Source: Cyanophora paradoxa CCMP329 (lineage: Eukaryota; Plantae; Glaucophyta). From it: DNA of 64,000 nucleotides. A program made the position numbers and the translations under genes. Below the pieces are notes generated by a model. The model was given only the letters and a program-made list of their open reading frames with translations, ran no database searches and was not told the DNA's origin. The DNA lies in contig QPMI01000089.1 in the NCBI GenBank assembly GCA_004431415.1, forward strand, positions 1 to 64,000. Reading direction: 5' to 3'. Within the stretch, counting starts at the first letter, position 1, and each line of letters begins with the position of its first letter. This document shows positions 30,554 through 41,082 of this stretch, piece by piece.

Positions 30554-33440
30554 CTATACTAGCTTGCATTTGATTCTAGCTAGATTTGAAGCTTGCACCT
30601 TCATTTGTTCCAAGCTCTCTGTCAGAGTCTCCATGTCCTTCGCATTCCGCTCTTGTCTTTCTGCTTCTTTCCGTTGGCGTCTCCACCCTAGCAGGGCCGT
30701 CGTCCCCTCCTGCCGGAGCTCCTCCTCCAAATACGTTCTTGCTTTTTGCAGGCCCGGGCTGTCCTCTGCAAAGCCAGCACTGGCGAAAATTTCTCGAGCC
30801 TTAGCAAGCGCATCGTCCACAACCCGTTGAGCGTCAGCCCTCTGTTCCGTCTTCCTCCAGCTCTCGCAGTCCACGGCCAATGCCGCTCGAGCCGCCCGCA
30901 GAGCCCTGTGCACGGTTAACTGCAATGACGCTGCTGACGCCGCCGCGTTACGCCGCCGAACATCCATCTCCATTGCGACAATTAGATCATAAATGGCCGG
31001 CTTGAGTTCCGCATGGCCAACAATGGCATTAGCGGCCATCGATCGGGCTCCTGCTAAAGCTGACTCGAGCTGCCCGGCTCCCATCGGAAGCTGCAGCCGC
31101 TCAATCGCCTGACGTAGAGACCTCTCACCCTCCGTGAGCGCAGCTGTTTTTGCCGCATCGTTTTTCGCCTTCATTACTTGAGTGAGGCTCACAATCTGTA
31201 CTTGTATTCGTCAAGGTACGTTGTAGAACAAATATGCAGCAAATCAAAATGTTATTGGCGAACTTCGGCGTGAGCAGCGTGGTTGATGTCTTGCACCACT
31301 CTTTCTATTTCTGAACAACGCCCGGCCTCCTGATCACTCTTCTGTACGTATTTAGTAAACATCAAGTACAAGAAATACTGGGGTAAATATTTTAATATAA
31401 CAAGGCCTAGGGAAGATACGTACATCCGCATCAATATCTGTATTGTTGTCTTGAACGATGATGCCGACCTCTTCGGCTCGCTGAAAGAGCCCGTCTACCA
31501 AGGTCCCTACCAGCTCGTTCATCTGAATGGCGAGAATGTGGATTTAAGCTTGAGTTGTAATTCTAGTTTATGAAACAAGCACCTTTTCCAGAAGTTCTGG
31601 CTCTTTTAGAGTCTGTTGACGCAGCGCAATAACGTGCTTCCACAATTCTCCACGTGCCGCGGTAGCTTCTTTCTCGAAAAAGGAACGAATGGCCTCCATG
31701 TTCGCTGTTGTAGTCTCTTTGATCCGGGAGTCTAGCTCGCGTTGCAGCGGGATCTTCCCGGCAGCCCCGTCCAGTTCTGGCACACCGGCCGCGGCTGCTT
31801 CGTCTTCGTAGACAGCCATGCAGGTGGCAGCCAGGCGACGCAGCGTGGCAGCAAGACGCTTAGAGTTGGTAGGGAGTGCTGGGAGCTCTTTCGGTTGCCA
31901 CCCTTGCTCGAGAGCGGTGCGACAACTGCGTTGGCATGCAGCTTGATAGAGCGCCTGCATCACAGAAGGAAACTCTAGCGCCCCAGAGTCATCGATCTGC
32001 GGGGGTAAACAAATCGGAATATAAGCTCGCAGCGCTCGAGTGTTTTTGAAGAATAAAGAAAATAAAAAGACCGTGTCGACCAAAGCCGCGAAGAAATCCA
32101 TTGCGCCTGCCTCCGTACCGACGAGAGGAGCCAAGCGATGTGACAAGGGCAGTGCCAACTGAGCGGTAACTGCGTTTTAAAAAGTGGCCTGCCGCAATTA
32201 TGCTGCAAAATTATATGAATGCACCTGATGGGCGAGGTCATCCACAAGTTCGTTCACAGCAGCGATGAATTTAGGGTAGAGATTTGTAAAGGGTATGCTC
32301 TTCGTGCTGCGCCCGTAATGCATTATGATGAATACAATCAACGACGTCATCCGATTGCAAGCTTTGAGGAAACGCGGCGCACGATTCGATGATTTTTGGA
32401 TCGCATGGCGTCGGGAACGTGTGGACTTTAATCGAGGAAAATGTTTTTGTGATATCTTCTCGCGCCGCTTTGATGTTTTTCTCTTCCTCCTCGCTCATAT
32501 TCTGCCTCCCGGAAAAATTGTTGATTAGGGGCACATGCAAGCGAACTTTGAATCGAGACACACTGAGCATGGAAATTACACGCACATCCGGGTAGTCCTC
32601 GAAAAGCTCATTGAAATATTCGAGTGCTGAGGTCTGTGATGTCCAGCTCCGGAAAACAATGTGTAGATGGCCCAGCAATGGAGATCGCGCCGCGCCCGCG
32701 CGACCGGCTCCAGGACTCTTATGTTGTGGGTCAGAATGCAAGCAGTACTAGTGCAAGTGCAAGCGCACAAGGCGCACGACTGTCGCCGCTACCGCCTTCT
32801 GTTGTCGAAGGAGCGTTTTGCATGCATGCGTGAGGGATCCAATCTTTATTTCAACGAATCAATTGTAATGCAGTCGATGTAATGCAGTCGATGGCCGTGG
32901 GGACGAAGGAAACTAAAAAATGCACAAACCTCACGGAAGAAATCGTTGAGCCCGAGGCGACCTGACAGCTTAATGACAACAGCGCTTGCGACTGCAATTG
33001 AAGGTAGGATAACCTGATGGAAGGCGCGGTGACTTAGCAATATAAAGCTTCTAGAGCCACAAGCATTCATAATTTACCTTGAACGAGTACTTTGCAAAGC
33101 GGTTCCCAGTGCCCTCCGTGTCCATGAAGCGGATCCGGATCTGCAGATAGCAGAATACGTATACTATGATGATAGAGCACGTCCATTACATATATATAAT
33201 TATATAATTGCGCGCGCAGCCGCAGGCCGCCGGTTCTATATACTAGAGCTAGTAATAGCTATGAGCAGGTACCTCGGGGCAGCGGCCGTCAACAGCGATG
33301 TCCTTAAAAAGCTTATCGTCGATTTCGTGAGTTCGTAAAAGATCATGCAAAGATACTGCCGGATCGTGTGTGTCGATACCAATAGTGACGGGGACGTCGT
33401 TCTCCACATTAAAAACTCCATCGGAGCCCAGAAGGCAGTT
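30554..33440 (-). pseudogene. Spliced host guanylate-binding-protein/atlastin-like GTPase, 5'-truncated by E2
   Basis: AG/GT-bounded exons give NCLLG..FNV...VTIGI (G2), FMDTEG (G3), VILPSIAVASAVVI, LHIVFRSW (G4 region), REDITKTF..VHTFPTP, then helical and coiled-coil ORFs (31568-32158, 30554-31192). Confidence 0.7.
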
Positions 33441-33441
33441 T

Positions 33442-33514
33442 ACACATATGAATATTCATATTTTAATCCCTCGGCGTTCCGCCTCAGGATTAAAATATGA
33501 ATATTCATATGTGT
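33442..33514. other. Perfect 28-bp inverted repeat with 17-nt loop at the E2 left junction
   Basis: ACACATATGAATATTCATATTTTAATCC at 33442-33469 and its reverse complement at 33487-33514. Confidence 0.9.
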
Positions 33515-33800
33515 GATTCGATGTTATATCAATAAAATCGATTAATTTATTTGAATTTTCACAGGAACTTTCATATTTTTATATGCATTTTCAATTAATT
33601 TAATCGATGTTATATCGATAAACTCGATTAATCGATATTGTATCTTAATTAGAGTTAATCGGAATTATATCAATAACTTCGATTGATCTTAATTGAATCC
33701 TAAATGAATCTAATCGGAATTATATCAATAAATTCGATTAAATCATGTTCTTTTTCGATTAAATCAATTAAATATTTAACTTTGTTACCATAAGTGGTCT

Positions 33801-35007
33801 AAGTTGACTCACTTTTCATAAACATTTTGAACTCTTAGTCTCCTTGAATTCCTTAAGATGACTCAACTTAGTCAACTTAGTCAACTTTGTTACCATAATC
33901 AATCAGGGTGGACTCACTTTTAGATCAACTCTGAAATTTCAAGCAAAATCAACTTTGATTTCAAAAGTGGATCTTCTAAGTGGACTCAAAATGTTCACTT
34001 TGTGATACATGTTAGCTCAAATCCTTACTGTTTATGGTCAGGGTTGACTAAGTGGGGGGAGTTGACACATTTTTTGAAATCCTTTTTAGAAAACTTTAGG
34101 TCCCAAATATTTCCTGTGAAATTTGAGTCAACTCAACCCACTTAGTCAACCCTTGCATTGAATTCGTAACAAAATCCATATACTATTACTACTTTTACGA
34201 TTAATATGAGTCAACCTTGAGTCCACTTAAATATAAATATAATATAATATGGGGAATCAAGGGGAGATGCTTATAAACATATGAATTATTGAACCTATGA
34301 TACTTATATCGTCACGCAGGCCTCGTTAAGAGGATTTCGAATCTGTTTTTGGTTTTGTCAGATGATGAGTTGGTGAAGAGATACATGCGTTTTAGTGTTT
34401 TGTATGTGGTTTAATGATATGATGTCATAATGCATGGGTTTTCGTCAACAGTTAAATGAACAGTTAAGTGGACACCGTTTCACGATAAACGAGTAGACAC
34501 TGCCTACTCCCAACAGGTGTCCACTTAACTGTTCACTTAATTGTTCGCAATTTGCTTCATTGTCTTTCAATAGCTTTCCCACATATCTTGTTTTCAATTG
34601 TTGTTGCAGTACACTATTACAATAGTTGTCTCGTTAACTGTTCACTTATCTGTTCGCTGCGGAAAAAGACGATGACGGACGTGTTATGTTACGAAATGAT
34701 GTCATAATGACGATGCATATGTATATGATATATATGACACACCATCGAACTCGGGAGATCATGACGATCACGGCGATATATATATGTTATTTGTTTATGA
34801 TACATCATTATTACATCATTATGATGCATCATTCCGAAATCTCGAAAAATCGATAATCGGCATCTTCAAACGCTTGTATCTCATCACCAGATTATCAAAT
34901 CGCAACGTTCTGCATATCGCTGTGAAGCGCTTGAAAAGATCTACAAGACAATGTGTATATCATATGCATATATGTATATCAGTCATACATATATTTGGAA
35001 AAAACGA
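33801..35007 (+). repeat. E2 left TIR (matched portion)
   Basis: Reverse complement of 59765-60970, with one 1-nt indel seen. Confidence 0.93.
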
Positions 35008-36284
35008 TCAATGTTATTGTTAGAAAACAAAGGAATCCTTTAGAAATTCATTATAGAAACCCATCAAAACGGGAATCTATCATGTTTATGTCTCTCAGTC
35101 TTCTCAAATGTGAGGAAATTCATTGTTTTATCGATCTCATCTGCTTTCCCACATATCTTGTTTTCAATTGTTGTTGCAGTACACTATTACAATAGTTGTC
35201 TCGTTAACTGTTCACTTATCTGTTCGCTGCGGAAAAAGACGATGACGGACGTGTTATGTTACGAAATGATGTCATAATGACGATGCATATGTATATGATA
35301 TATATGACACACCATCGAACTCGGGAGATCATGACGATCACGGCGATATATATATGTTATTTGTTTATGATACATCATTATTACATCATTATGATGCATC
35401 ATTCCGAAATCTCGAAAAATCGATAATCGGCATCTTCAAACGCTTGTATCTCATCACCAGATTATCAAATCGCAACGTTCTGCATATCGCTGTGAAGCGC
35501 TTGAAAAGATCTACAAGACAATGTGTATATCATATGCATATATGTATATCAGTCATACATATATTTGGAAAAAACGATCAATGTTATTGTTAGAAAACAA
35601 AGGAATCCTTTAGAAATTCATTATAGAAACCCATCAAAACGGGAATCTATCATGTTTATGTCTCTCAGTCTTCTCAAATGTGAGGAAATTCATTGTTTTA
35701 TCGATCTCATCTGCTTTCCCACATATCTTGTTTTCAATTGTTGTTGCAGTACACTATTACAATAGTTGTCTCGTTAACTGTTCACTTATCTGTTCGCTGC
35801 GGAAAAAGACGATGACGGACGTGTTATGTTACGAAATGATGTCATAATGACGATGCATATGTATATGATATATATGACACACCATCGAACTCGGGAGATC
35901 ATGACGATCACGGCGATATATATATGTTATTTGTTTATGATACATCATTATTACATCATTATGATGCATCATTCCGAAATCTCGAAAAATCGATAATCGG
36001 CATCTTCAAACGCTTGTATCTCATCACCAGATTATCAAATCGCAACGTTCTGCATATCGCTGTGAAGCGCTTGAAAAGATCTACAAGACAATGTGTATAT
36101 CATATGCATATATGTATATCAGTCATACATATATTTGGAAAAAACGATCAATGTTATTGTTAGAAAACAAAGGAATCCTTTAGAAATTCATTATAGAAAC
36201 CCATCAAAACGGGAATCTATCATGTTTATGTCTCTCAGTCTTCTCAAATGTGAGGAAATTCATTGTTTTATCGATCTCATCTGC
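34573..36284 (+). repeat. 570-bp tandem triplication spanning the inner TIR edge and the 3' end of the AdoMetDC gene
   Basis: Units start at 34573, 35143 and 35713; identical ORFs recur at 570-bp spacing. Confidence 0.92.
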
Positions 36285-36602
36285 AACTGCTTGTGTTTTA
36301 TGCTGAGCTTCTTTACCACAACTGAATATATCAATTGCTAACATGCCTTCATTGGAATAACAATGAGCTGTGCAATGGCTTTCATCTAATAGCAGAACTA
36401 ATGCAAAACCAGGAGGTGATATTTTGCCATCAAATATCTCACAGTGTTTATGAACAATCCTAATGCCTTGTCTCAATACTGCTTGTTCAAGGGTTCCCAT
36501 AATCCAATTACCTAGGAAGCTAACATGCTCATGTCCTGTTGCAATAGCTGATTTAGCCTTATAATCAAGCATAATATGAAAGCCTCTGTATTTAGTCTCC
36601 AT
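36204..36602 (-). CDS. speD: Prokaryote-type S-adenosylmethionine decarboxylase proenzyme family protein
   Basis: 132 aa; G.HIMLD, PPGF..VLLLDESHCTAH.Y...G.LAIDIFSCG with the E|SH autocleavage site. Confidence 0.85.
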   Translation of the reverse strand: METKYRGFHIMLDYKAKSAIATGHEHVSFLGNWIMGTLEQAVLRQGIRIVHKHCEIFDGKISPPGFALVLLLDESHCTAHCYSNEGMLAIDIFSCGKEAQHKTQAVADEIDKTMNFLTFEKTERHKHDRFPF

Positions 36603-36631
36603 TAAGAATACCTTAGAAAAATTAATTAACC

Positions 36632-36904
36632 TTAATCGAACCTAATGCAAATATCCCTATACTCTACTCTAATTGATGAAGTAGCCCTTTTCCTATAAGC
36701 CTGAGAGTGCTTTTTGTTGCATTCTCTGCAACCTGATCCCTTCACATGATTAAAGGGATAGGTAAGGATCACTTTATTACACTGCAAACATCTCACAGAT
36801 ACTTTCTCTTGAGATTTGATGTAATGTGTCTCACTGTAATCGAATTTATCTTTACCATGGACTGTCATAGCAGCATCAATAAACTTTTTTGTTTTACTAT
36901 CCAT
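36632..36904 (-). CDS. Small Zn-ribbon protein (HG..FDYS..Y...CxxC...H..G.GCxxC type)
   Basis: Motif usually seen in DNA-binding repeats of viral endonucleases; no nuclease domain here. Confidence 0.65.
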   Translation of the reverse strand: MDSKTKKFIDAAMTVHGKDKFDYSETHYIKSQEKVSVRCLQCNKVILTYPFNHVKGSGCRECNKKHSQAYRKRATSSIRVEYRDICIRFD

Positions 36905-36926
36905 ACTCTATATATAAACAATATTC

Positions 36927-37760
36927 TTATGGAGCAGTATCCTGCCCAAAAATGGGGAAATATCGATTTGTGCCATAGTATTCAGCATAGGTATTCTGCT
37001 TTGCAATAAAATCGGTTCTCTCAGCATATAATACACACTTGTAGATACCAAACTTGGTGGCTCTAACCAGAAACTGATAGTCTTCCAAACCGAAATTGAC
37101 TCCATGATAAGCAATACCAAAATTATCATATGGGGTGATCACAACTGCAAAATTAGGAGTTCCACCCTCTACTTGACAAAGAGCATAAACATCTGGTGGG
37201 ATATCCACAACTACCTTGTAGTGGTCACCAATCTCAACAAGAGAGTCTACTACTGCTGTTTGTTCATTCACAACAATTGGGAATATTTTTATTATATAGG
37301 GGGCATTCATGCTGGGGACATAGGTTCGAATTCTTGTGTTGGGATCAATGGGATTGGGTTGATCATTCACAAATAAAGGCGCTCCAACAGCCCCACCAAC
37401 CCTAAGACCATCACCAATATAAGCTCCTCCCGATTTGCAGTTAATAGCTCCCGACCTAGATTCAAAAGAATAAGTAGACAGAGGATCTCCATAGCTATCT
37501 GGGTCTCCATAATGAGCAGAAAAGTTTGCATTTGTGACAAGTAGCTTAGTTGTCTTAACTATTCCATTATTTTTATCACATCTGAGTTCCTGTAATCTCA
37601 GTTTGTGGGTGGAACCAAAGGTGTTCATTGTAGGTTGGACCTCTGTGGATTGGAGACCTTCCACATCATCAAAAGTAGCATGCTGTAAAACATGGTTTGC
37701 TGGGGCAGCTAATGATAGCTGTGGTGTAATAATTCGTTCAAGTGGGGGTTGCTCAGCCAT
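36927..37760 (-). CDS. Fibre-family protein paralog A (E2)
   Basis: Colinear ortholog of 7337-8173. Confidence 0.75.
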   Translation of the reverse strand: MAEQPPLERIITPQLSLAAPANHVLQHATFDDVEGLQSTEVQPTMNTFGSTHKLRLQELRCDKNNGIVKTTKLLVTNANFSAHYGDPDSYGDPLSTYSFESRSGAINCKSGGAYIGDGLRVGGAVGAPLFVNDQPNPIDPNTRIRTYVPSMNAPYIIKIFPIVVNEQTAVVDSLVEIGDHYKVVVDIPPDVYALCQVEGGTPNFAVVITPYDNFGIAYHGVNFGLEDYQFLVRATKFGIYKCVLYAERTDFIAKQNTYAEYYGTNRYFPIFGQDTAP

Positions 37761-37783
37761 TTTACATTAAAGGGATATATCTT

Positions 37784-38629
37784 TTATGGGGTTGGGTCAT
37801 CAATTACATCTGGCTCTTGGTAAAACCCTGTAACTGAAAGAGTATCAGGAGTTACACCTCTAAGAGCTGATACAGCGGCTATATCTGTTCTCAAACCGAT
37901 AAGAGTTATAGTATATAACCCAATATCTGTAACAAACAAGTCAAAGGTGAAATTATTATTATAAACACAGTAGCCATAACCGAAATGATTATATCCCTGA
38001 ACATTGAAATAGTATTTATGACCTACTTGATTGTTGTTGGCTCTACAAAGGGAAAGCATTGCAGATGGAATCGCAAGACCTCTCAGTACTCTTTTGGTTC
38101 CTTCAATTAATTCCGAGTTTTCAAGAGTAACAGTATATCCAATGTAAAATTGAATTAATGGCTGCTGTGCGACAGGAGTATATAATCGAATTCGTTGGGG
38201 GTCTTCCACATTTTGCTCTAGAGTATCTGGGACATCATTATACGAAATTGAGGATGAAAGCTGACCTGAAATTCGACAGCCACCCCCAATAAATGCTCCT
38301 CCTGATCTCACAGTGACAGCTGCAGAATTCTTATCGAAATCAAGGGCTTTCAGATCAACACTGTAAGCATCTGGACCTCCATTGGTAGGCTGAAAGAAGT
38401 TTGCATTTGTGACAAGAAGTCGAGTTGTTTTAACCACACCTGAATTCTTATCAGCTCTCAGCTCTTTAACTCGAATAATCGAATTTTTATCAAAGGAGTT
38501 GCCATTGGAGTTGGGTCTCTCTGTGGATTCTAAACCACGAACCTCATCATTTACTTCATGCTGGCGAAAGTGCATTGCAGGGGATCCAAGGGAATATATA
38601 GGCAGTTGAACTCGATTATATTCACCCAT
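37784..38629 (-). CDS. Fibre-family protein paralog B (E2)
   Basis: Ortholog of 8774-9622; start MGEYNRV. Confidence 0.75.
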   Translation of the reverse strand: MGEYNRVQLPIYSLGSPAMHFRQHEVNDEVRGLESTERPNSNGNSFDKNSIIRVKELRADKNSGVVKTTRLLVTNANFFQPTNGGPDAYSVDLKALDFDKNSAAVTVRSGGAFIGGGCRISGQLSSSISYNDVPDTLEQNVEDPQRIRLYTPVAQQPLIQFYIGYTVTLENSELIEGTKRVLRGLAIPSAMLSLCRANNNQVGHKYYFNVQGYNHFGYGYCVYNNNFTFDLFVTDIGLYTITLIGLRTDIAAVSALRGVTPDTLSVTGFYQEPDVIDDPTP

Positions 38630-38664
38630 TGCTTCTTTTACTAAGAAGGAAAGAAAAATAATGT

Positions 38665-38931
38665 TCACAGCTCTTCTGTGATAATATTATACTCGATCGC
38701 TTTTTTCACAGTTCCCCTTTGGAATGCCTGTAACACAATTGCTTCCTTTGAGGTTGGTATTTGAACTCCACCTGAGATGCAAGAGTGGATCTCTTTCTGA
38801 ACAATCTCATCAATTGCGATTCTTGCCCTGTTATGGGCTGCATTATCAATCCAATCTTGAACAGAAGCAGCACAAAATTCCATTCCCAACTTCTCAATAT
38901 CAGATAGAACCACTTGGTAAATATTCGACAT
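38665..38931 (-). CDS. Small conserved fibre-associated protein (E2)
   Basis: Ortholog of 9853-10116. Confidence 0.75.
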   Translation of the reverse strand: MSNIYQVVLSDIEKLGMEFCAASVQDWIDNAAHNRARIAIDEIVQKEIHSCISGGVQIPTSKEAIVLQAFQRGTVKKAIEYNIITEEL

Positions 38932-38953
38932 TTCCTAAACTACCATAAGAAAA

Positions 38954-39973
38954 TTAAACGATGCTTATTAATTCACCTGAGAAGGCTGTTTGACTTGCAT
39001 AGGAACCGACTGAATTTGTAACAAGTGTCACATATTCGTTTTGGGCAAGATTGAGAATGCAAGAGAAACACAGCGCTTTATTTGTTGTTGACAGATTGTG
39101 AACTTGGGAAATGCTCAATCCCCCTGGATCTGCATTGTTTACCCTGAGAAACAATTCAATAGCAGAAGTTGTGGTTGAAGAAGTGAATACTGAAAATCGA
39201 TAGTGTCCTGCAACAGGTGCTGTGAACCTTCCAGTTGATGTGCTGAATGAATTGGTATTGTTTACTCGAACTGTTGCCCAGTTTATTAGATCAGCAGAAG
39301 TTGTAGCAGTGTGGTTGTAGCCAAGTTGAACTGAAAATCGTGGATGTGATGTTTTGAGATAACACCCTGTATTAACTGTCAAACTATTCGCTTCCAGAGT
39401 AGCGACAGTGTTACTATTTCGTTTGAGAAGAAGGTCTACATTGGCTCCTGTATCGATTTCTGGTGTGACAACCTTGTTTGTTGCTGTGATTATGGATTGT
39501 GAGGCAACTGGTAGTGAAATACCAGCATTTGCTGTTACCAATCCTGTAAAGGTGCTTGTTCCTGTAATACTTACCTGATTTGCTGTAAGGGTTCCATCAA
39601 CCCTTGCCCCATCTCCAATGTAAGCTCCTCCACTTCTCACAACAAGAGCAGAGTTATTGATTGTATTGTTAAATGTTACTATTTTGGGTGTGGTGAACCC
39701 TCCTACATCATCATATATTGATGAATCGGAAACAATCTGACCTGATTGAACTTGGTTCTTGTTTGAAACTATTAAACCTGTGGTTCTCACCTTGCCCCCA
39801 TTGCGATCACATCGAATTTCTTTGCATCTGATCACAGAGTTTTGGGAAAACGAATCGGCTCCTGTTGTTTCAGTGCAAATAAACCCAGGGGTTGCATCTG
39901 TTACTGTGTGGTTGAGTTGATGTATTTTTGGGGCAGCATAACAGAACACAGGAACAGCTATTTGTGTAGACAT
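38954..39973 (-). CDS. C1q-domain fibre protein C (E2)
   Basis: GRFTAPVAGHYRFS; ortholog of 10137-11159. Confidence 0.8.
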   Translation of the reverse strand: MSTQIAVPVFCYAAPKIHQLNHTVTDATPGFICTETTGADSFSQNSVIRCKEIRCDRNGGKVRTTGLIVSNKNQVQSGQIVSDSSIYDDVGGFTTPKIVTFNNTINNSALVVRSGGAYIGDGARVDGTLTANQVSITGTSTFTGLVTANAGISLPVASQSIITATNKVVTPEIDTGANVDLLLKRNSNTVATLEANSLTVNTGCYLKTSHPRFSVQLGYNHTATTSADLINWATVRVNNTNSFSTSTGRFTAPVAGHYRFSVFTSSTTTSAIELFLRVNNADPGGLSISQVHNLSTTNKALCFSCILNLAQNEYVTLVTNSVGSYASQTAFSGELISIV

Positions 39974-39995
39974 TCTTTATATTATGTAGACAATA

Positions 39996-41063
39996 TTAAG
40001 AATGGACAAGCATACATCCAAAGAACCATCTGATATTATAATATATAGAACCTCCACCACTGCTATTATATGATATTCTGATGGAATCATTGGCTTGAAG
40101 GTCTACAATAATTTCGAACCCATTGTTTGCATATGCAGATGCATAATTAGTATTAACTTCAATTCCAGATGAGCTTCCGTTTTTCTGTAAAAATGTAACA
40201 ATATTAGTTGTTCTTCCAGTCCAATAACAGGATCCACTAAATGTGACAAGATAGTTTCCTGTAACAGGGGCAGTAAAAAGCCCTGTCGCAGGATCGAAAT
40301 GATTTCCTTGGTTCACTATGACTCCTGTTGTTGGATATATATTTATTGAGGAAATTGTTGCAGTTATTGACCCATTTGGTTGCTGTTTTGTTGCAAAGAA
40401 ACGAGGATGGCTACTTAATTTGAGATATTTGCTTGTCGGAAGTGTGAGATGTTGAACAGTTGTGTTATCTGTCTGAATAGTTTTTTGAAGAGAAAGAATG
40501 GTATCCCCATTCCTCTTGTAATTTATGACCATGTCACTCATGTTATCAATCTCAGGTGTGTTTATTCTTGTAGAAAGTGTGAGTGTTCCATACTGAATAT
40601 TTCCTAAAAGCCCACCATTGAAGTTCATAAACCCGCCAAAACTACTTGTCCCACTCACAGATAGTTGATTTGCTGTGACAGTTCCTGCTACATTTGCTCC
40701 ATCTCCAATGTAGGCTCCTCCACTCTTGACTACAAGAGCGGAATTATTACTTGTGTTACCAAAAGTAACTATCTGAGCTGTGGTAAATCCACCTACATTA
40801 TCATATACTGCTGAATCTGGGACAACTTGACCTGCTTGAACCTGATTTTTGTTCGAGATAATAATCCCTGTGGTTCTTATCTTGCCTCCATTTCGATCAC
40901 ATCGAATTTCTTTGACTCTCAGTATATTATTCTCTGTGAAAGAGGTATTACTTGAAGTTTCAGTGCAAATATACCCAGGGGTTGAATCAACTACTCCATG
41001 AGAGGTGCTGTGCAGTGATTTGGCTGCAAGTTCATAGTTTGGGATTTCTAATAGAGAGGTCAT
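39996..41063 (-). CDS. C1q-domain fibre protein D (E2)
   Basis: FDPATGLFTAPVTGNYLVTF; ortholog of 11182-12231. Confidence 0.8.
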   Translation of the reverse strand: MTSLLEIPNYELAAKSLHSTSHGVVDSTPGYICTETSSNTSFTENNILRVKEIRCDRNGGKIRTTGIIISNKNQVQAGQVVPDSAVYDNVGGFTTAQIVTFGNTSNNSALVVKSGGAYIGDGANVAGTVTANQLSVSGTSSFGGFMNFNGGLLGNIQYGTLTLSTRINTPEIDNMSDMVINYKRNGDTILSLQKTIQTDNTTVQHLTLPTSKYLKLSSHPRFFATKQQPNGSITATISSINIYPTTGVIVNQGNHFDPATGLFTAPVTGNYLVTFSGSCYWTGRTTNIVTFLQKNGSSSGIEVNTNYASAYANNGFEIIVDLQANDSIRISYNSSGGGSIYYNIRWFFGCMLVHS

Positions 41064-41082
41064 CTTTATAATTACGAAATAG

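Noticed and set aside
34784-36341. Triplicated 79-82 aa ORFs and the copy at 59722-59988
   Set aside because: They lie in TIR and tandem-repeat DNA, have no recognisable protein features and recur only because the DNA is repeated.
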